A stretch of DNA of 64,000 nt, from the NCBI GenBank assembly GCA_903922175.1, contig CAIXSY010000024.1, positions 634 to 64,633 of the forward strand, written 5' to 3'. The DNA comes from an uncultured delta proteobacterium (GTDB lineage: Bacteria > Bdellovibrionota_C > UBA2361 > CAIXSY01). Under the pieces are notes generated by a model that was given only the letters and a program-made list of their open reading frames with translations, was not told the DNA's origin and ran no database searches. Shown one piece after another: positions 17,970-28,419 of the stretch. Position 1 is the stretch's first letter, and every line of letters starts with the position of its first letter. The translations under genes were made by a program, and so were the position numbers.

Positions 17970-19613
17970 ATGATGCTATCCGGGAGCGCCACACTTCGAA
18001 AACTTGCCGCTATCTCCGGACGGGAATGGGGTCTACTTGCGGCTGTGTTTTTTGCCGCCGTGCTTCGCCTCTATCACCTACCAGATCAGCTTTTTATCGA
18101 CGACGAATGGCATGCGATACATGCAGCGCTTACGCTCTCTTATTCTAAAATTCTGACAAGCTTCGGAGCCAACCACATCTCAGCACCGATTGCTCTGTGG
18201 TACCGACTGCTGATTGACAGCGTGGGACTTAACGAGTGCCTCGTCCGCTGGCCCTACTGTTTGTTTGGCGTGGCGATCGTTGCACTCGTGCCGCTGCTTT
18301 TGCGCCGATTTATCGGGCGTGAAGCTTCGACTGTGCTAGCGTGGTTGCTGGCTGTCTCCCCACTTCTCGTGTTTTTTAGTCGATTTGCGCGGCCCTATAT
18401 AATAGTTGCCCTGGTAGGCTGGATCGCTGTGTGGGCCTTTTATCACTGGTGGCGTGAGGCCCGTTTCTTTTATGGTGCACTCTATGTGGCAACGGCGACG
18501 ATGAGCGTTTGGCTACTTCCCGTGGCCGCCCCCTTTGTATACGGCCCCTTGCTGCTGAGCCTGGTAGCGCGTGTACGACCTCGAAGCGTCTGGCCTCAAC
18601 TGTCGTTTAGTCGCTGGCTTGGTGTTAGCTTCTGGACCCTTGTGGCTTTCGGCTTAACCATCGGACCAGCGCTCTTCCGAGATTTGGGGAGTCTGACGGG
18701 TAAAAGCGACAATCAGACTGTTGCCCTACACGAAATCCTCTCTGCCTTTGATATGCTTTTGGGTCATAGCAGCAGTCTTATGACTTTCCTGGTTGTTCTC
18801 CTGATCCTGAGGGGATCGCTTTGTCTATGGAAGCGTGAGAAAACACTCATGTACTATCTTCTCGCCTTAAGCGCATTGCAGGTTATCGGTGTCATTCTCG
18901 CGCAACCAGCCTACGGGTTTTTCCCCTTGGTCGTCGCACGCTATCTTTTACTCCTTCTGCCACTACTGCTAACGATGCTCGCGGTAGGGGTTACGGGAAT
19001 TTTTGATAATTGGCACGCCGTTCCTTCGACCGTGCGTAGGAGTGTTATCCCGTCGCTCTTGTGCCTCGGACTGTTTCTGGATGGCCCCTTACCGGGGGTG
19101 TATGGGGCTCCTTCAGCCTGGTTTTCTCAGGTGCTTGGATTAGCATTTCATAGAGCAAATGGTGAGAGTCCATTGCCACCCCCACCATTGGCGAGCTATG
19201 AATTCCTCGGCCGTCTACCGCGGCAGTCAGTTGCGATTATGGAGGTGAGTAATAGCTTCTTTACGCTGTGGGGCAGTGAATTACCTGCCTACGATCACAT
19301 TGCTAATCAACGGGTGCTTATCGGCATGCTCAACGGGGTATGTGGTGGGCCGCGTCCCTACGAGATCCCCTATACTGAGGAGCGTGTGCGTTTTAGCCGT
19401 TACGCGAGTGTTGGTGACGGTGAGCGTCTAAAAGCCCTCAAGGTGAACTATCTCGTATTCCATCGAAAACTTCCCTTCGATGTTTCAACCAGTATGTTTG
19501 CTATGCCACCATTAGATATTAATGCGTGTGTCGAGGAACTAACGCATCTCTTTGGTAGGCCTGTGGTTGAGGATCCTGATGTGCTCCTATTTGAGGTGAG
19601 AGGTAAAACGTGA
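17970..19613 (+). CDS. GT-C-fold membrane glycosyltransferase (GT39/PMT_2-like)
   Basis: 547 aa and polytopic. The acidic first-loop motif is LFIDDEWHAIHAA. It shares a GTGA overlap with the next GT-C gene. Confidence 0.65.
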   Translation: MMLSGSATLRKLAAISGREWGLLAAVFFAAVLRLYHLPDQLFIDDEWHAIHAALTLSYSKILTSFGANHISAPIALWYRLLIDSVGLNECLVRWPYCLFGVAIVALVPLLLRRFIGREASTVLAWLLAVSPLLVFFSRFARPYIIVALVGWIAVWAFYHWWREARFFYGALYVATATMSVWLLPVAAPFVYGPLLLSLVARVRPRSVWPQLSFSRWLGVSFWTLVAFGLTIGPALFRDLGSLTGKSDNQTVALHEILSAFDMLLGHSSSLMTFLVVLLILRGSLCLWKREKTLMYYLLALSALQVIGVILAQPAYGFFPLVVARYLLLLLPLLLTMLAVGVTGIFDNWHAVPSTVRRSVIPSLLCLGLFLDGPLPGVYGAPSAWFSQVLGLAFHRANGESPLPPPPLASYEFLGRLPRQSVAIMEVSNSFFTLWGSELPAYDHIANQRVLIGMLNGVCGGPRPYEIPYTEERVRFSRYASVGDGERLKALKVNYLVFHRKLPFDVSTSMFAMPPLDINACVEELTHLFGRPVVEDPDVLLFEVRGKT

Positions 19614-21106
19614 GAGCAGGAGCTCGGCTAGATCCCCTTCTTTCCTATCTAACCATAGTTGTGGTTGCGGCGGTCGTTGGGCATATGCTTACCGGGCTTG
19701 AGCGCAGTTTGTGGATTGATGAGCTCATTACGTATTGGGTAAGCGCGGACTCTTTCAGCGCCACACTAGATAGGGTCGCTGAGTACCAAGCCCAGGGTCC
19801 GCTCTATTTCTTGCTTATATGGGGAATGCGTCACTGTTTTGGAGAAAGCGAGATCGTCCAACGAATCCCCTCGCTTTTCGCCGGTATCGGGATTTTTGTA
19901 GTTGCCTATAGACTCGCACGGCTTTTTGTCGATCGCAGCGGTGCTGAGATATGTGTGCTCTTACTTGCCGGTGCTTCGTCGATTACCGGGGTCTTCACGT
20001 CGTCTCGTCCCTATGCCCTGGCGATATTGGCCTCACTTCTGGCGACCTACAGCCTCGTGCGCTGGATCAGATGCGGCAAGATACAGTATCAAATAATCTA
20101 TTTCCTATCACTCGTTTCCATGCTGGCGCTCCATTTCTTGTTTGCCGCTCTTATCCCGGCGCATGCTCTGTATGTCCTCGGTATAAAAGGTCGGCAGGCC
20201 TCTCTGGTTAATATCTTCGGAACAATGGGGGCAAGTCTTTTAGTTCTGACTGTGCAGATGTCCCAGCTCCTCACGACGTACTCGCGCCAGGGGGCGTATT
20301 CATTTGTAGAAGCTCCTAATTTAGCTATGGTTGTCGGGGTAGCCTTGCCACTACAGTTGCTCGTTCCGCTGCTTGGTGCTGCCGTCGTTGGCCTTATATG
20401 GACAGCGCTCTATTACAGGCAGGTCAGCCGTCCTTGGACGTTCTCCAGTGATGGAATACGGCTAACCCTCGTTTTGGGGTATGGACCGATGTTAGCCATC
20501 CTTGCCGTATCGCTATGCGGCAAGACCTCGATTTTTTGGGACCGTTATCTGTTAATGAGTCTTATTTATCCCGTATTTCTTGCTGGCTTTTGTATGCGCG
20601 CCTTGTGTCCGGCCCCGGCGGCATGGTGTATCGCTGCCTTTGGGGCGGTTACAGCGCTCCAGATACCCGTCGGCAACCGTCTTGAATATTGGCGCGAGGC
20701 CAATACCTACGCCAATGAAATAATCGCTCGCGATAAACCACTGACTATTGTGTGGATGGGCTTGGTCGAGCAGGAGGACTTAACTTGGTTTAGGAATCCT
20801 AAGCATGAGGCCTACTTTCTTTCGCTCTTGGCAAAATATCCACTCGCAGGGGAGGTGCAGTCTTGGCCGCAGCAGTTTGATGCAGTCGATTTTGACGGGC
20901 AGTATATAGGGCGCTTGGAGCTTTTAAAGACGGAGAAACGACCGGTCCTCCTGGTGATAAGAAACATATTTGACCCTTATCTTTATATGCCACCGGCTCT
21001 TGAGCGCTTCAAGGATCGCTTTGCGCGGCATGGTTTTGAAGAGAGGCTCCGGCGTTGCTTCGTGGGAATCTGTGTTGCGGAGTTTAAGGTGGGCGAAACT
21101 CACTAA
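19610..21106 (+). CDS. GT-C-fold membrane glycosyltransferase (GT39/PMT_2-like)
   Basis: 498 aa and polytopic. The first-loop motif is SLWIDELITYWVS. Confidence 0.7.
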   Translation: MRAGARLDPLLSYLTIVVVAAVVGHMLTGLERSLWIDELITYWVSADSFSATLDRVAEYQAQGPLYFLLIWGMRHCFGESEIVQRIPSLFAGIGIFVVAYRLARLFVDRSGAEICVLLLAGASSITGVFTSSRPYALAILASLLATYSLVRWIRCGKIQYQIIYFLSLVSMLALHFLFAALIPAHALYVLGIKGRQASLVNIFGTMGASLLVLTVQMSQLLTTYSRQGAYSFVEAPNLAMVVGVALPLQLLVPLLGAAVVGLIWTALYYRQVSRPWTFSSDGIRLTLVLGYGPMLAILAVSLCGKTSIFWDRYLLMSLIYPVFLAGFCMRALCPAPAAWCIAAFGAVTALQIPVGNRLEYWREANTYANEIIARDKPLTIVWMGLVEQEDLTWFRNPKHEAYFLSLLAKYPLAGEVQSWPQQFDAVDFDGQYIGRLELLKTEKRPVLLVIRNIFDPYLYMPPALERFKDRFARHGFEERLRRCFVGICVAEFKVGETH

Positions 21107-21328
21107 TGATTGAGTCCGAATAGAGGGTCGTGAAACACTTAAAGTGCCGTCAGGTTTTGCAGTGGCATGGGCTGAAATGCCACGAGGGGTCTATTCTCAT
21201 TTCTTTACCTAGGCAGCATTTAGCAGGTGAACTCAGCGATGCAAGCATACATATCGACGGATTGCCCCAGGTATGAAAACGCTCTAATTTGTTGATTAAC
21301 AGCAGCTTTATATTTCTCAGGGTCATTC

Positions 21329-23443
21329 ATGCGCTATGGATCTTCTCTACGACTTTTTCTCCTCAGCATCTTGATTCTATTTCTAGAAATGATGCTTATC
21401 CGCTGGATCGGGACAGAGATTAGAATTTTTGCCTATGTGCAGAATGTTGTCCTCGTGGTGTGCTTTTTGGGGTTGGGAGTAGGGTGTGCTCGTTCGTCGC
21501 AGAAGGGGAGGCTTTGGCAGCTATGCTTGCCGTTGCTGATACTGATTATCCTCGTCAACGTTCCAGTCACGCGGAATGTTTTGCAGCTCATTAGCTCGGA
21601 CCTTTCGACGTTTGACGATACGATCATTTGGTATAAGGCCGTTGTCAACTCGGAAGTGAGCACGTTCGTTCCTATGCTTCAGGGTGTGTTCCTCGCTTTC
21701 GCCGTGTTGTTGTTAATCTTCGATGCCTTTGAAATCCTCGGAAGACACTTGGGCGCGGAGATGGCCACGTCGTCAGGCCGGATCTCTCGCTACTCGGTAA
21801 ATATCGCTGGAAGCCTCGCCGGTATCTGGCTTTTTACCGCAATGAGTTACTGTTCGAGCCCCCCGGCTATTTGGGCTATCGCTTTGGCAATCTTAATTCT
21901 CCTGAGCTTTGTCGACGAGGTCTTGGCCGAGGGAAGACTGCTACTTCTTATTGCCGCTCTCCCGATACCGTTCGTGATATACACCGAAATGGGGACAACG
22001 ACGACGTGGTCTCCCTATCAGAAGCTTTCGATGTCGCCCTACGTGGAGTCTCCGAACAGCGCACAAATGCTGGTGAATAATGTAGGCTACCAGTTGATGT
22101 TGGACTTGAGTGAAGAAAATGTGTTGGGCCACCCTGATGTTTTCTCTCCGAGTCTGCGTACCCTATCTCACTATGATATTCCATTCCGTTTTTCGCCAAA
22201 TCCGAAGAAGGTGTTACTCCTCGGAGCTGGATCGGGCAATGATGCTGCTGGCGCGTTGCGAAATGGGGCCGAACGAATTACCGCAGTGGAGATTGATCCG
22301 GTAATCATCGATCTGGGGATGCGATCTCATCCAGAACATCCCTATGCGTCCGAGCGAGTTACCGTCGTTAATGACGATGCGCGTACGTTCTTGCAGAAGA
22401 CCAACGAAACCTTCGATGTAATTATCTTTGGACTTCTCGACGCGCATACGGGGAATGCGCTCACGAATGTGCGGCTTGACCACTACATTTATACACGGGA
22501 GGCCTTGCTTCAGGCCAAGAGTAGACTGACTCCAGATGGCAAGTTGTTCCTTAGTTTCGGCATGGGATTCCCTTTTATTGCCGCGCGTATAGATCAGCTA
22601 CTCCGTGATGCTTTTGGCGTGCCCCCTCTGAGCTTTATATCCGGAACAACTCCGGCCTACGGATGGGGCGGTACTATGTTTGTGGCAGCTCGAGAGGGGG
22701 AGGTGCAGCGTGCTCTGGCCCTCGATCCGGCCCTCGCTGCCTGGATCGCGCCGCGGAAGATTGCTCATACTACTGCCACAATTGTCCCCACCGATGACTG
22801 GCCGTATCTCTATCTTTCTGCAGCACGCATTCCATCACTGTATTATGTACTTGGCGCCGTGATAGTTGGAGTATCCGCCTTTAGAGGGCGCGGGCTTTGG
22901 CGGCAGGGGCTTGCCCAATGGGGAATGTTTGAAGGACATCTGTTTCTACTTGGTTTTGCCTTTTTACTTCTTGAGGTCCAGAACATAAACAAAGCGGCTC
23001 TAGTGTTTGGGAATACCTGGACGGTTAACGCGATAGTCGTTAGTGGGATCATGATAATGTCACTCTTGTCGAATGCTGTTGCCGCCCTGTTCCCGAGGAT
23101 CTCTAGCACAATTATTTGCAGCGGGTTGGTACTTTCTCTCGTTCTGCTGATTGCACTCCCGGTTTCATTTTTTGGATTGCTTGGCGTACCATTACGCCAG
23201 CTGCTCTACGGCATCGTCGTCTCACTTCCAGTCTTTTTCAGCGGTATCCTGTTTATACGGGCGTTTAATACTTCACGTAACCCCGCACAAGCCCTGGCCG
23301 CAAACCTCCTGGGCGCCTTGTTCGGTGGCCTTCTCCAGTCACTCTCCTTTGTCACGGGAATGCAGACCCTCTTTCTCCTCACTATCGTCGTTTACCTTGG
23401 TGCAATTATAACAAGGCCAAAGGGGGAGGAGGCTCTTCACTAA
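21329..23443 (+). CDS. Polytopic membrane protein with an embedded spermidine-synthase-like (aminopropyl/methyltransferase fold) domain, paralogue 1
   Basis: 704 aa. The N-terminal TM block contains EMMLIRWIGTEIRIFAYVQN. The central Rossmann block reads VLLLGAGSGNDAAGAL, AVEIDP, VVNDDARTFL, FDVIIFGLLDAHT. TDDWPYLYL and a C-terminal TM block follow. Confidence 0.85.
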   Translation: MRYGSSLRLFLLSILILFLEMMLIRWIGTEIRIFAYVQNVVLVVCFLGLGVGCARSSQKGRLWQLCLPLLILIILVNVPVTRNVLQLISSDLSTFDDTIIWYKAVVNSEVSTFVPMLQGVFLAFAVLLLIFDAFEILGRHLGAEMATSSGRISRYSVNIAGSLAGIWLFTAMSYCSSPPAIWAIALAILILLSFVDEVLAEGRLLLLIAALPIPFVIYTEMGTTTTWSPYQKLSMSPYVESPNSAQMLVNNVGYQLMLDLSEENVLGHPDVFSPSLRTLSHYDIPFRFSPNPKKVLLLGAGSGNDAAGALRNGAERITAVEIDPVIIDLGMRSHPEHPYASERVTVVNDDARTFLQKTNETFDVIIFGLLDAHTGNALTNVRLDHYIYTREALLQAKSRLTPDGKLFLSFGMGFPFIAARIDQLLRDAFGVPPLSFISGTTPAYGWGGTMFVAAREGEVQRALALDPALAAWIAPRKIAHTTATIVPTDDWPYLYLSAARIPSLYYVLGAVIVGVSAFRGRGLWRQGLAQWGMFEGHLFLLGFAFLLLEVQNINKAALVFGNTWTVNAIVVSGIMIMSLLSNAVAALFPRISSTIICSGLVLSLVLLIALPVSFFGLLGVPLRQLLYGIVVSLPVFFSGILFIRAFNTSRNPAQALAANLLGALFGGLLQSLSFVTGMQTLFLLTIVVYLGAIITRPKGEEALH

Positions 23444-24773
23444 TACTTCTCGGGGAGCGCTTAAAGCACCATCCCAGACCGACTATCCCAATTGATACCA
23501 AGGAGCCTTTCCAGTCATAGACGAAGGCATTGTAGGCGAGGTAGAGAGCTGAAATGCAGAATATGGACATGCTGAGGATATTAAAGGGAAATTGGCGCCG
23601 GTTGGTATTGGGGCTGTTCTTATAGCGCAAGATAAGAACAGAAAAACCGGTGAGTGTAAAAAAGATCCATACCACGGCCGTCGTGTAGACCACGGTGCTA
23701 CTAAAGGAGCCCGATAGAACTACGATGAAGATGCTCATCAGTGCTTGGACTAGAAGCGCTCGAAGAGGGGTTCCGCGTGCGCTATTCCATCCCCCAAGGA
23801 TACGAAACAAGGGGTAGTCTCTGCCTAAGACATGCGAGATGCGTGATCCGGTGAGAATCAAGCCATTCATAGCGCCCATCGCAGAAAGGCATATCAGTGC
23901 ACTCATAAATCTTGGCCCCCAGTGTGGGAACACGACTGCCAGCGTGTCGGATGCGGCTATCGTTGATTGGGTGAGTCCGGTGTATCCGAGAGCCCACACG
24001 AAGGCGAAGTTGGTTAGTAGGTAGAGGCAGGTGACTATGAGCACGCAGAGGAGAATTGAACGTGAGAGATTCTTTTCGGGATGCCGCACTTCTGCAGCAA
24101 CGTAGCCTATCTCCTGCCAGCCGCCGTACGTGAAAAGCACCAAAATGAGGGCGAGGCCGAAATTCTGGTTTTTAGAATTTGCGACAGTGACCGATGAGAT
24201 CGATTCACTTGGAGTAACGACGACTGCCGCGACAAATATTGCGAATAGGCCCAGAATTTTTAGTAAGGTTAGGACGTTTTGAGCCCAGGCACTGGCACTG
24301 ACTTTGATGCAGTTAATACCGGTAAGGAGTACCACCCCGCCAGTTGCGAATAGTACCGTGCTGCTACCCTCGAGCAAGGTGCCCCGAAAGGGGGACCACA
24401 ATCCCTCCAGATAATGCGCGAATGGAAAGGCCATGGCCGCAATCGAGCCTGGTCGAATTATGGCAAATGATGCCCATGCGAAAAGATATCCGACCGTGTC
24501 GCCGTAAGCTTTGGAGAGGTAGATGTAGTCACCACCGTTTTGTGGGTATGTCGAGGCTAATTCTGCATAACAGAGTGCTCCTGCCAAAGACAGCACCCCT
24601 CCGAGTGCCCAGACTGTGAGCATACTAACTGTTCCAGGCAGACAGCTCGCCACAAGTGGGGCTGTTTCATAGATACCCACACCAATGACAATGCCCACCA
24701 TGACTGCGGTTGAATCTAGCAGCGAGAAGACAGGCTGTGGTTTTCTTAGTTGATTCTTGGGCTGAGATATCAT
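23406..24773 (-). CDS. APC-superfamily (amino acid/polyamine/organocation) permease
   Basis: 455 aa with about 12 hydrophobic segments. The N-terminal LLDSTAVMVGIVIGVGIYETAP and GGDYIYLSKAYG blocks are typical. Its 3' end overlaps the previous gene by 38 nt. Confidence 0.85.
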   Translation of the reverse strand: MISQPKNQLRKPQPVFSLLDSTAVMVGIVIGVGIYETAPLVASCLPGTVSMLTVWALGGVLSLAGALCYAELASTYPQNGGDYIYLSKAYGDTVGYLFAWASFAIIRPGSIAAMAFPFAHYLEGLWSPFRGTLLEGSSTVLFATGGVVLLTGINCIKVSASAWAQNVLTLLKILGLFAIFVAAVVVTPSESISSVTVANSKNQNFGLALILVLFTYGGWQEIGYVAAEVRHPEKNLSRSILLCVLIVTCLYLLTNFAFVWALGYTGLTQSTIAASDTLAVVFPHWGPRFMSALICLSAMGAMNGLILTGSRISHVLGRDYPLFRILGGWNSARGTPLRALLVQALMSIFIVVLSGSFSSTVVYTTAVVWIFFTLTGFSVLILRYKNSPNTNRRQFPFNILSMSIFCISALYLAYNAFVYDWKGSLVSIGIVGLGWCFKRSPRSISEEPPPPLALL

Positions 24774-24936
24774 AACGACTTCTAGACCATTATCAGGCGA
24801 GGGGAGGAACCCATATTACTTTCTTCTCTTTTCGTCCCAGCTTTTGCAAGTTACGATGCACGTGATTCGGTTAAGGCTCGTTAGCTTCAACAAAACAGTT
24901 GCCTCGTATTAACATGCCCAAGACGGAGATAGCGCT

Positions 24937-25809
24937 ATGGTTCGTTCCTTGATTGTGGCCCTTGTTTTTAGCATCGGGTTCATCGGCTACTACAATTATG
25001 ATACGTTTACGCGTTATGTGCACTATGAGTTGTGGGGCTCGATCAATGTTGATGGGGCGACCATCTTCCTTGATCCCAAGGATTTGGCGGGGACTCCGTA
25101 CTTGCTCGCCGTGCAGCGCAATACAGGAGAGGACGTGGCTCTTCGCACCTTTATAAAGCCTGGCGATACGGTAATCGACGTAGGGGCTGATATAGGCTGG
25201 TTTACCGTACTTGCTGCGCAGCTAGTCGGTGAGCGTGGAAAGGTCATTGCCTTTGAGCCTGATCCGGAGACGTTTGCTATTTTGCAACGCAATGTTGCTG
25301 TCAATGGCTTTAAAAATGTGGTGCTCGAGCAGAAGGCACTATCCAATAAACATGATCGGCTAAAACTATTCCTGGCGCAAGAGAATAGAGGGGATAATCG
25401 CATCTTCGATTTTGGAGATAAGCGCCAATCTGTCGAGGTTGAGGCGTTATCGTTCGATGAGTATGCACGCTCACTTAATCCCCCGCTTAAGGTCGACTTT
25501 GTGAAGATCGATACGCAAGGTGCTGAAGGGGTCATTATCGAGGGGATGAAGGAGACCTTTCAGCGTTTTCCGGAGTTGAAGGTGGACATCGAGTTTTGCC
25601 CGGCGTTTCTTACCAAGAGCGGCTACGAGCCGGCAAAGCTTCTCCAAACTTTTGAGCAGTGGGGATTCGAGTTTTGGAATATTGACTCGTTTGCCTTACC
25701 TTTCAGGCCAGCGACATCGGCACAGTTACTCTCTGAGCTGACGCCTCAAAATGGGCGTCAGGTGAATTTGCTCCTTCGACGACCGGCATGTCATCGTGCA
25801 GAATCGTAG
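24937..25809 (+). CDS. FkbM-family methyltransferase
   Basis: The SAM-binding block is VIDVGADIGWFTVLAA. FVKIDTQGAEGVIIEG is the hallmark FkbM block. Confidence 0.85.
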   Translation: MVRSLIVALVFSIGFIGYYNYDTFTRYVHYELWGSINVDGATIFLDPKDLAGTPYLLAVQRNTGEDVALRTFIKPGDTVIDVGADIGWFTVLAAQLVGERGKVIAFEPDPETFAILQRNVAVNGFKNVVLEQKALSNKHDRLKLFLAQENRGDNRIFDFGDKRQSVEVEALSFDEYARSLNPPLKVDFVKIDTQGAEGVIIEGMKETFQRFPELKVDIEFCPAFLTKSGYEPAKLLQTFEQWGFEFWNIDSFALPFRPATSAQLLSELTPQNGRQVNLLLRRPACHRAES

Positions 25810-25829
25810 GCATTCAACGACGTGGTGCG

Positions 25830-26897
25830 TCAGGGATCTTTCGGCAAGATGGACGTTGAAAGATCGATAAGAGCACGAGCGAGCTTTAAATGTCCGCTCG
25901 CTCTTGGGTGTCCATCCCCTTTGAAAAAGTCTTCTTCAGTCTGGTTAATGAAGTACGGTGTGGCGTCAACGATGTGGTTGCCTTGCTGGGATAGTCCTTG
26001 GACCACAAGATATCGCCAGGTGTCTGATGCCCGTGTGGTAACGTATTCGTTGATTTCATCGACACGTGGAACATAGAGAAACCCGACGACCAATCCCTCA
26101 CGTTCGGCGAACTGAATCATAGGATGCACTACCTTTGTCAACAGTACTTCGACGGCTTGTTTTCTCCTCTCGACGCTCTCTTTCACCGTTGTTCGTCGAA
26201 GGTCAGCTGCAAGAAAGGCTGAAATTTGAGAGGACAAGAAACTCAAGGCTGCGGAAGGCGCCACTATGTGACGAGAGAAAAATGCAGGCAGCCCCGTTTT
26301 TTCAAAAACATATTTCTTTAAGAGAAATTGCTCGGGAAGAGCTAACGGCGGAGTGTCGCTGGTGCGTAACCCTTCAGAGAAATACAGCTGTGGGCCGGCC
26401 TGCTCAAAGCAAAAGATCACAGCGTCGAGGGGAGGGTATTTTCCCTGAACGCCAAAATACTGTGGAAAGTAGTATTCGGAAAAAGCGAGTTGAATGGGGG
26501 AATAGTTTCCACTCCGACCGAGTGCGAGGAATTGAAGAGAGGGGGCAATTCGGTGTGCTTGCTCCGGGAATGTCGAGTCAATTTCAACCTGCAGCGCTTC
26601 AATAAAGCTATCACCCACAACGGCAATTCGGTGACGACACTCTGGACAGGAGGCAAACGACGAGGCATGAAAACCTTCTGCGTTTTTCCTAATAATCTGT
26701 GAGAATTCCTTTTTTACCCAAGGTGCCCCCCTATATATGGTGACGCCTTCGGCGGTATTGAGGTGATAATTTTCGACGGGGTTGTTTAATTCAAAATAAT
26801 TTTCAATATGTAAGATACCATCGATTGCAAAAATAAGCAGCGCCAGCGAAACGGCACAGTTCACAAGCTCAATGGCAATGTCGCGAAGCCTAATCAT
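25830..26897 (-). CDS. Membrane-anchored SGNH/AlgJ-AlgX-like hydrolase or acyl-transfer protein (paralogue 3)
   Basis: The N-terminal helix is VNCAVSLALLIFAI. SGNH blocks are IAVVGDSFIEA and KGDGHPRASGH. It lies directly downstream of the MBOAT gene in the same orientation. Confidence 0.55.
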   Translation of the reverse strand: MIRLRDIAIELVNCAVSLALLIFAIDGILHIENYFELNNPVENYHLNTAEGVTIYRGAPWVKKEFSQIIRKNAEGFHASSFASCPECRHRIAVVGDSFIEALQVEIDSTFPEQAHRIAPSLQFLALGRSGNYSPIQLAFSEYYFPQYFGVQGKYPPLDAVIFCFEQAGPQLYFSEGLRTSDTPPLALPEQFLLKKYVFEKTGLPAFFSRHIVAPSAALSFLSSQISAFLAADLRRTTVKESVERRKQAVEVLLTKVVHPMIQFAEREGLVVGFLYVPRVDEINEYVTTRASDTWRYLVVQGLSQQGNHIVDATPYFINQTEEDFFKGDGHPRASGHLKLARALIDLSTSILPKDP

Positions 26898-26906
26898 ATT
26901 ATGTTA

Positions 26907-28307
26907 TTAGAACTGGAAGTAAACAAAATCCCCTCCAGAGAAATTACCGAACAGTAACGTAGCCAGTACGTAGCCCCAGCACAGAGTCCAGAACGGAAAA
27001 CTATGCTTAAGAATAACACTATCGTACTCAAGCTTGAAATGTGAATGCACGTAATCTAAGGTCAGGGTTACGCAAGACAATCCCACAACATAGGCCACGG
27101 GCTGAGTGATCGTCCCAGGATGTCCGAGTTGCTTGAGAAGGATGAGGGCATCGTTGACTGAGGTCGCACGAAAAAATATCCAGGTGAAGCATACGAGGAG
27201 AAATGTGGAGGGGATAGAGATACTCGATCGCAGCCAAGGAGGTGTACGAGCCCAGAACTTAGGCGGTGAGATGAGATGAGCACAAACTATGTAGACACCG
27301 TGGATTAACCCCCAAAGCATATACGTCATATTGGCGCCGTGCCAAAGCCCACCCAGAACCATCGTCAACATTATATTGCGGCACGTCGTCAGCACGCCGC
27401 TTCGATTGCCTCCGAGGGAGATATAGAGGTAATCCCGCAACCACGTCGATAGAGAGATGTGCCAGCGTCGCCAAAAATCACGTATTCCCGCGGCAAAATA
27501 GGGAGAATTGAAGTTTGTACCGAGATCGTAGCCAAGGATGCGTGCAAATCCACGCGCCATATCGGTGTATCCTGCAAAATCGCCATATATCTGAAATGCG
27601 AAGGCAATGGTTGCCACCACGACATCAATCTGAGATTGACCTGCTGGTCTTGCATAAACTTGCTCAACGATAGGAGCTAAATTGTCGGCGATAGCAATCT
27701 TTTTAAAAAGTCCAGAGCAAACGAGGAAGATACCAGATCTTATCTGTAGCAGAGAAACTTTGGGACCATCCTGCAACTGTCTTAAGAGGTACGATGCTTT
27801 AACAATTGGCCCGGCAACGAGGTGAGGAAAAAAAGCTACATAGAGCGCGTAGGAGAGGAGATTCTTGGCAGGGGTCATTTTCCCTCGGTAGACGTCCACG
27901 GTATAGGTAATGGACTGAAAAGTGTAGAACGAAACCCCGAGGGGAAGTGGAATGTGATAGCTGTACGTCATCCATTGCGGGGCATTTCCACCTAATAGAT
28001 CTGCGCCCAAGCCCAGAGCCCAGGCGATATACTTGAAAAAAAATAAGATAGATAGGTTAGTTCCGACAGAAGCAACGAGGAGAAGTTTCTTCAATGTCGG
28101 ATCGCGTTGGCAGACTATCTGCTTGGCAAGAAAATAATCGAAGCAACTCACGCCAATCAGAACCAGAAGGAGCCGAGCGCTAAACCAGGCATAGAACAGG
28201 TAGCTTGCGCCTAAGAGGACTGATTTCCTAAAGGTGGAATCGCGAGAGTACGCGAAAAACAGCGTACCTACGAAAAGGAGGGCGAATTCTGTGGTGTGAA
28301 AAAGCAT
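26907..28307 (-). CDS. MBOAT-family membrane O-acyltransferase (AlgI/DltB/PatA-like)
   Basis: 466 aa and polytopic. FWRRWHISLSTWLRDYLYISLGGNR and GGLWHGANMTY (conserved His) are MBOAT signatures. Confidence 0.9.
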   Translation of the reverse strand: MLFHTTEFALLFVGTLFFAYSRDSTFRKSVLLGASYLFYAWFSARLLLVLIGVSCFDYFLAKQIVCQRDPTLKKLLLVASVGTNLSILFFFKYIAWALGLGADLLGGNAPQWMTYSYHIPLPLGVSFYTFQSITYTVDVYRGKMTPAKNLLSYALYVAFFPHLVAGPIVKASYLLRQLQDGPKVSLLQIRSGIFLVCSGLFKKIAIADNLAPIVEQVYARPAGQSQIDVVVATIAFAFQIYGDFAGYTDMARGFARILGYDLGTNFNSPYFAAGIRDFWRRWHISLSTWLRDYLYISLGGNRSGVLTTCRNIMLTMVLGGLWHGANMTYMLWGLIHGVYIVCAHLISPPKFWARTPPWLRSSISIPSTFLLVCFTWIFFRATSVNDALILLKQLGHPGTITQPVAYVVGLSCVTLTLDYVHSHFKLEYDSVILKHSFPFWTLCWGYVLATLLFGNFSGGDFVYFQF

Positions 28308-28419
28308 GTTCCCTTAACGAGGGCAGCCCCTTTTCGCCATAGCGCATAGCACCTGCTCTCCCGATGTGTGCAAATTATCAAGAATGTCATCAAGTCACAA
28401 GTTGGAGAAGTATGTATTC

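Noticed and set aside
21329-23443. Annotating the SpeE-like proteins as housekeeping spermidine synthase (speE).
   Set aside because: They are 675-724 aa with many transmembrane helices. There are three copies inside a glycan locus, and the putrescine-site signature differs from soluble SpeE. Only the fold assignment is justified.
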